A DNA stretch of 64,000 bases from Vicugna vicugna. Its lineage: Eukaryota. The notes below the pieces were generated by a model. The model did not search any database. It worked only from the letters and a program-made list of their open reading frames with translations, and had not been told where the DNA came from. Made by a program: the position numbers and the translations under genes. Of this stretch, positions 63,946 to 64,000 are shown piece by piece (positions within the stretch are counted from its first letter, which is position 1; each line of letters starts with the position of its first letter). The DNA is taken from assembly GCA_013265495.1 (NCBI GenBank), contig MU062317.1:1672229-1736228 (forward strand), read 5' to 3'.

Positions 63946-63975
63946 TCAGCGCCGCGCTCCGGACGCTCGGGCCAT
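63946..63975 (-). other. uORF in the PKC-zeta 5'UTR (MARASGARR*)
   Basis: GCGCC-ATG-G at 63975; TGA at 63948-63946, 21 nt before the main ATG. It is functional only if the TSS is upstream of 63975. Confidence 0.6.
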
Positions 63976-64000
63976 GGCGCGGAGCCCCAGCGGCCGGGCC

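Larger units (their letters stand above)
1..64000 (-). other. PRKCZ: PRKCZ gene, 5' portion (exons 1-5; exon 6 onward and possibly the TSS lie outside the window)
   Basis: Five GT-AG bounded exons (71+122+90+51+86 nt) splice in frame to [140 protein letters not shown], which matches the known PKC-zeta N-terminus. Confidence 0.98.
63310..64000. promoter_or_regulatory. CpG island over PRKCZ exon 1 and promoter
   Basis: Very high GC and CpG density around the start codon, continuing to the window edge. Confidence 0.9.

Noticed and set aside
1-64000. tRNA, rRNA or CRISPR features
   Set aside because: The tRNA-like A/B boxes belong to SINE heads; no regular repeat-spacer array or rRNA seen; the locus is eukaryotic.

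Overview
Mammalian genomic DNA, very GC-rich, probably from a camelid (three tRNA-derived SINEs carry the 'AATAAATAAACCTAATTACCTCCCC' tail that I recognise as camelid-specific). The window holds the 5' part of PRKCZ (atypical protein kinase C zeta) on the minus strand. Coding exons 1-4 (63924 down to 57868) encode the PB1 domain. A 52.4-kb intron 4 follows, then exon 5 (5484-5399; pseudosubstrate [13 protein letters not shown] and start of C1). Exon 6 onward lies beyond position 1. Intron 4 contains the internal promoter and first exon (1') of the neuron-specific PKMzeta transcript, with a perfect CRE at 47355-47362. The introns contain L1, Tigger1, MER58A, MLT1/MLT2 and SINE relics, and there is one 98-N assembly gap. 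Almost all ORFs in the supplied track are GC-content artefacts. The leads most worth checking are a set of unannotated post-transcriptional control candidates on the PRKCZ/PKMzeta axis: a well-formed poison exon after exon 3, a frameshifting cassette at 36 kb, uORFs, and an AUG-less open frame through exon 1'. Others are a good RE1/REST match, a POU4F+SOX palindromic island that overlaps a 9-nt microexon candidate, and strong local AT-to-GC drift in repeats. All novel items are inferences from motifs and need RNA or conservation data. Repeat family names come from my memory of consensus sequences, and repeat boundaries are approximate.
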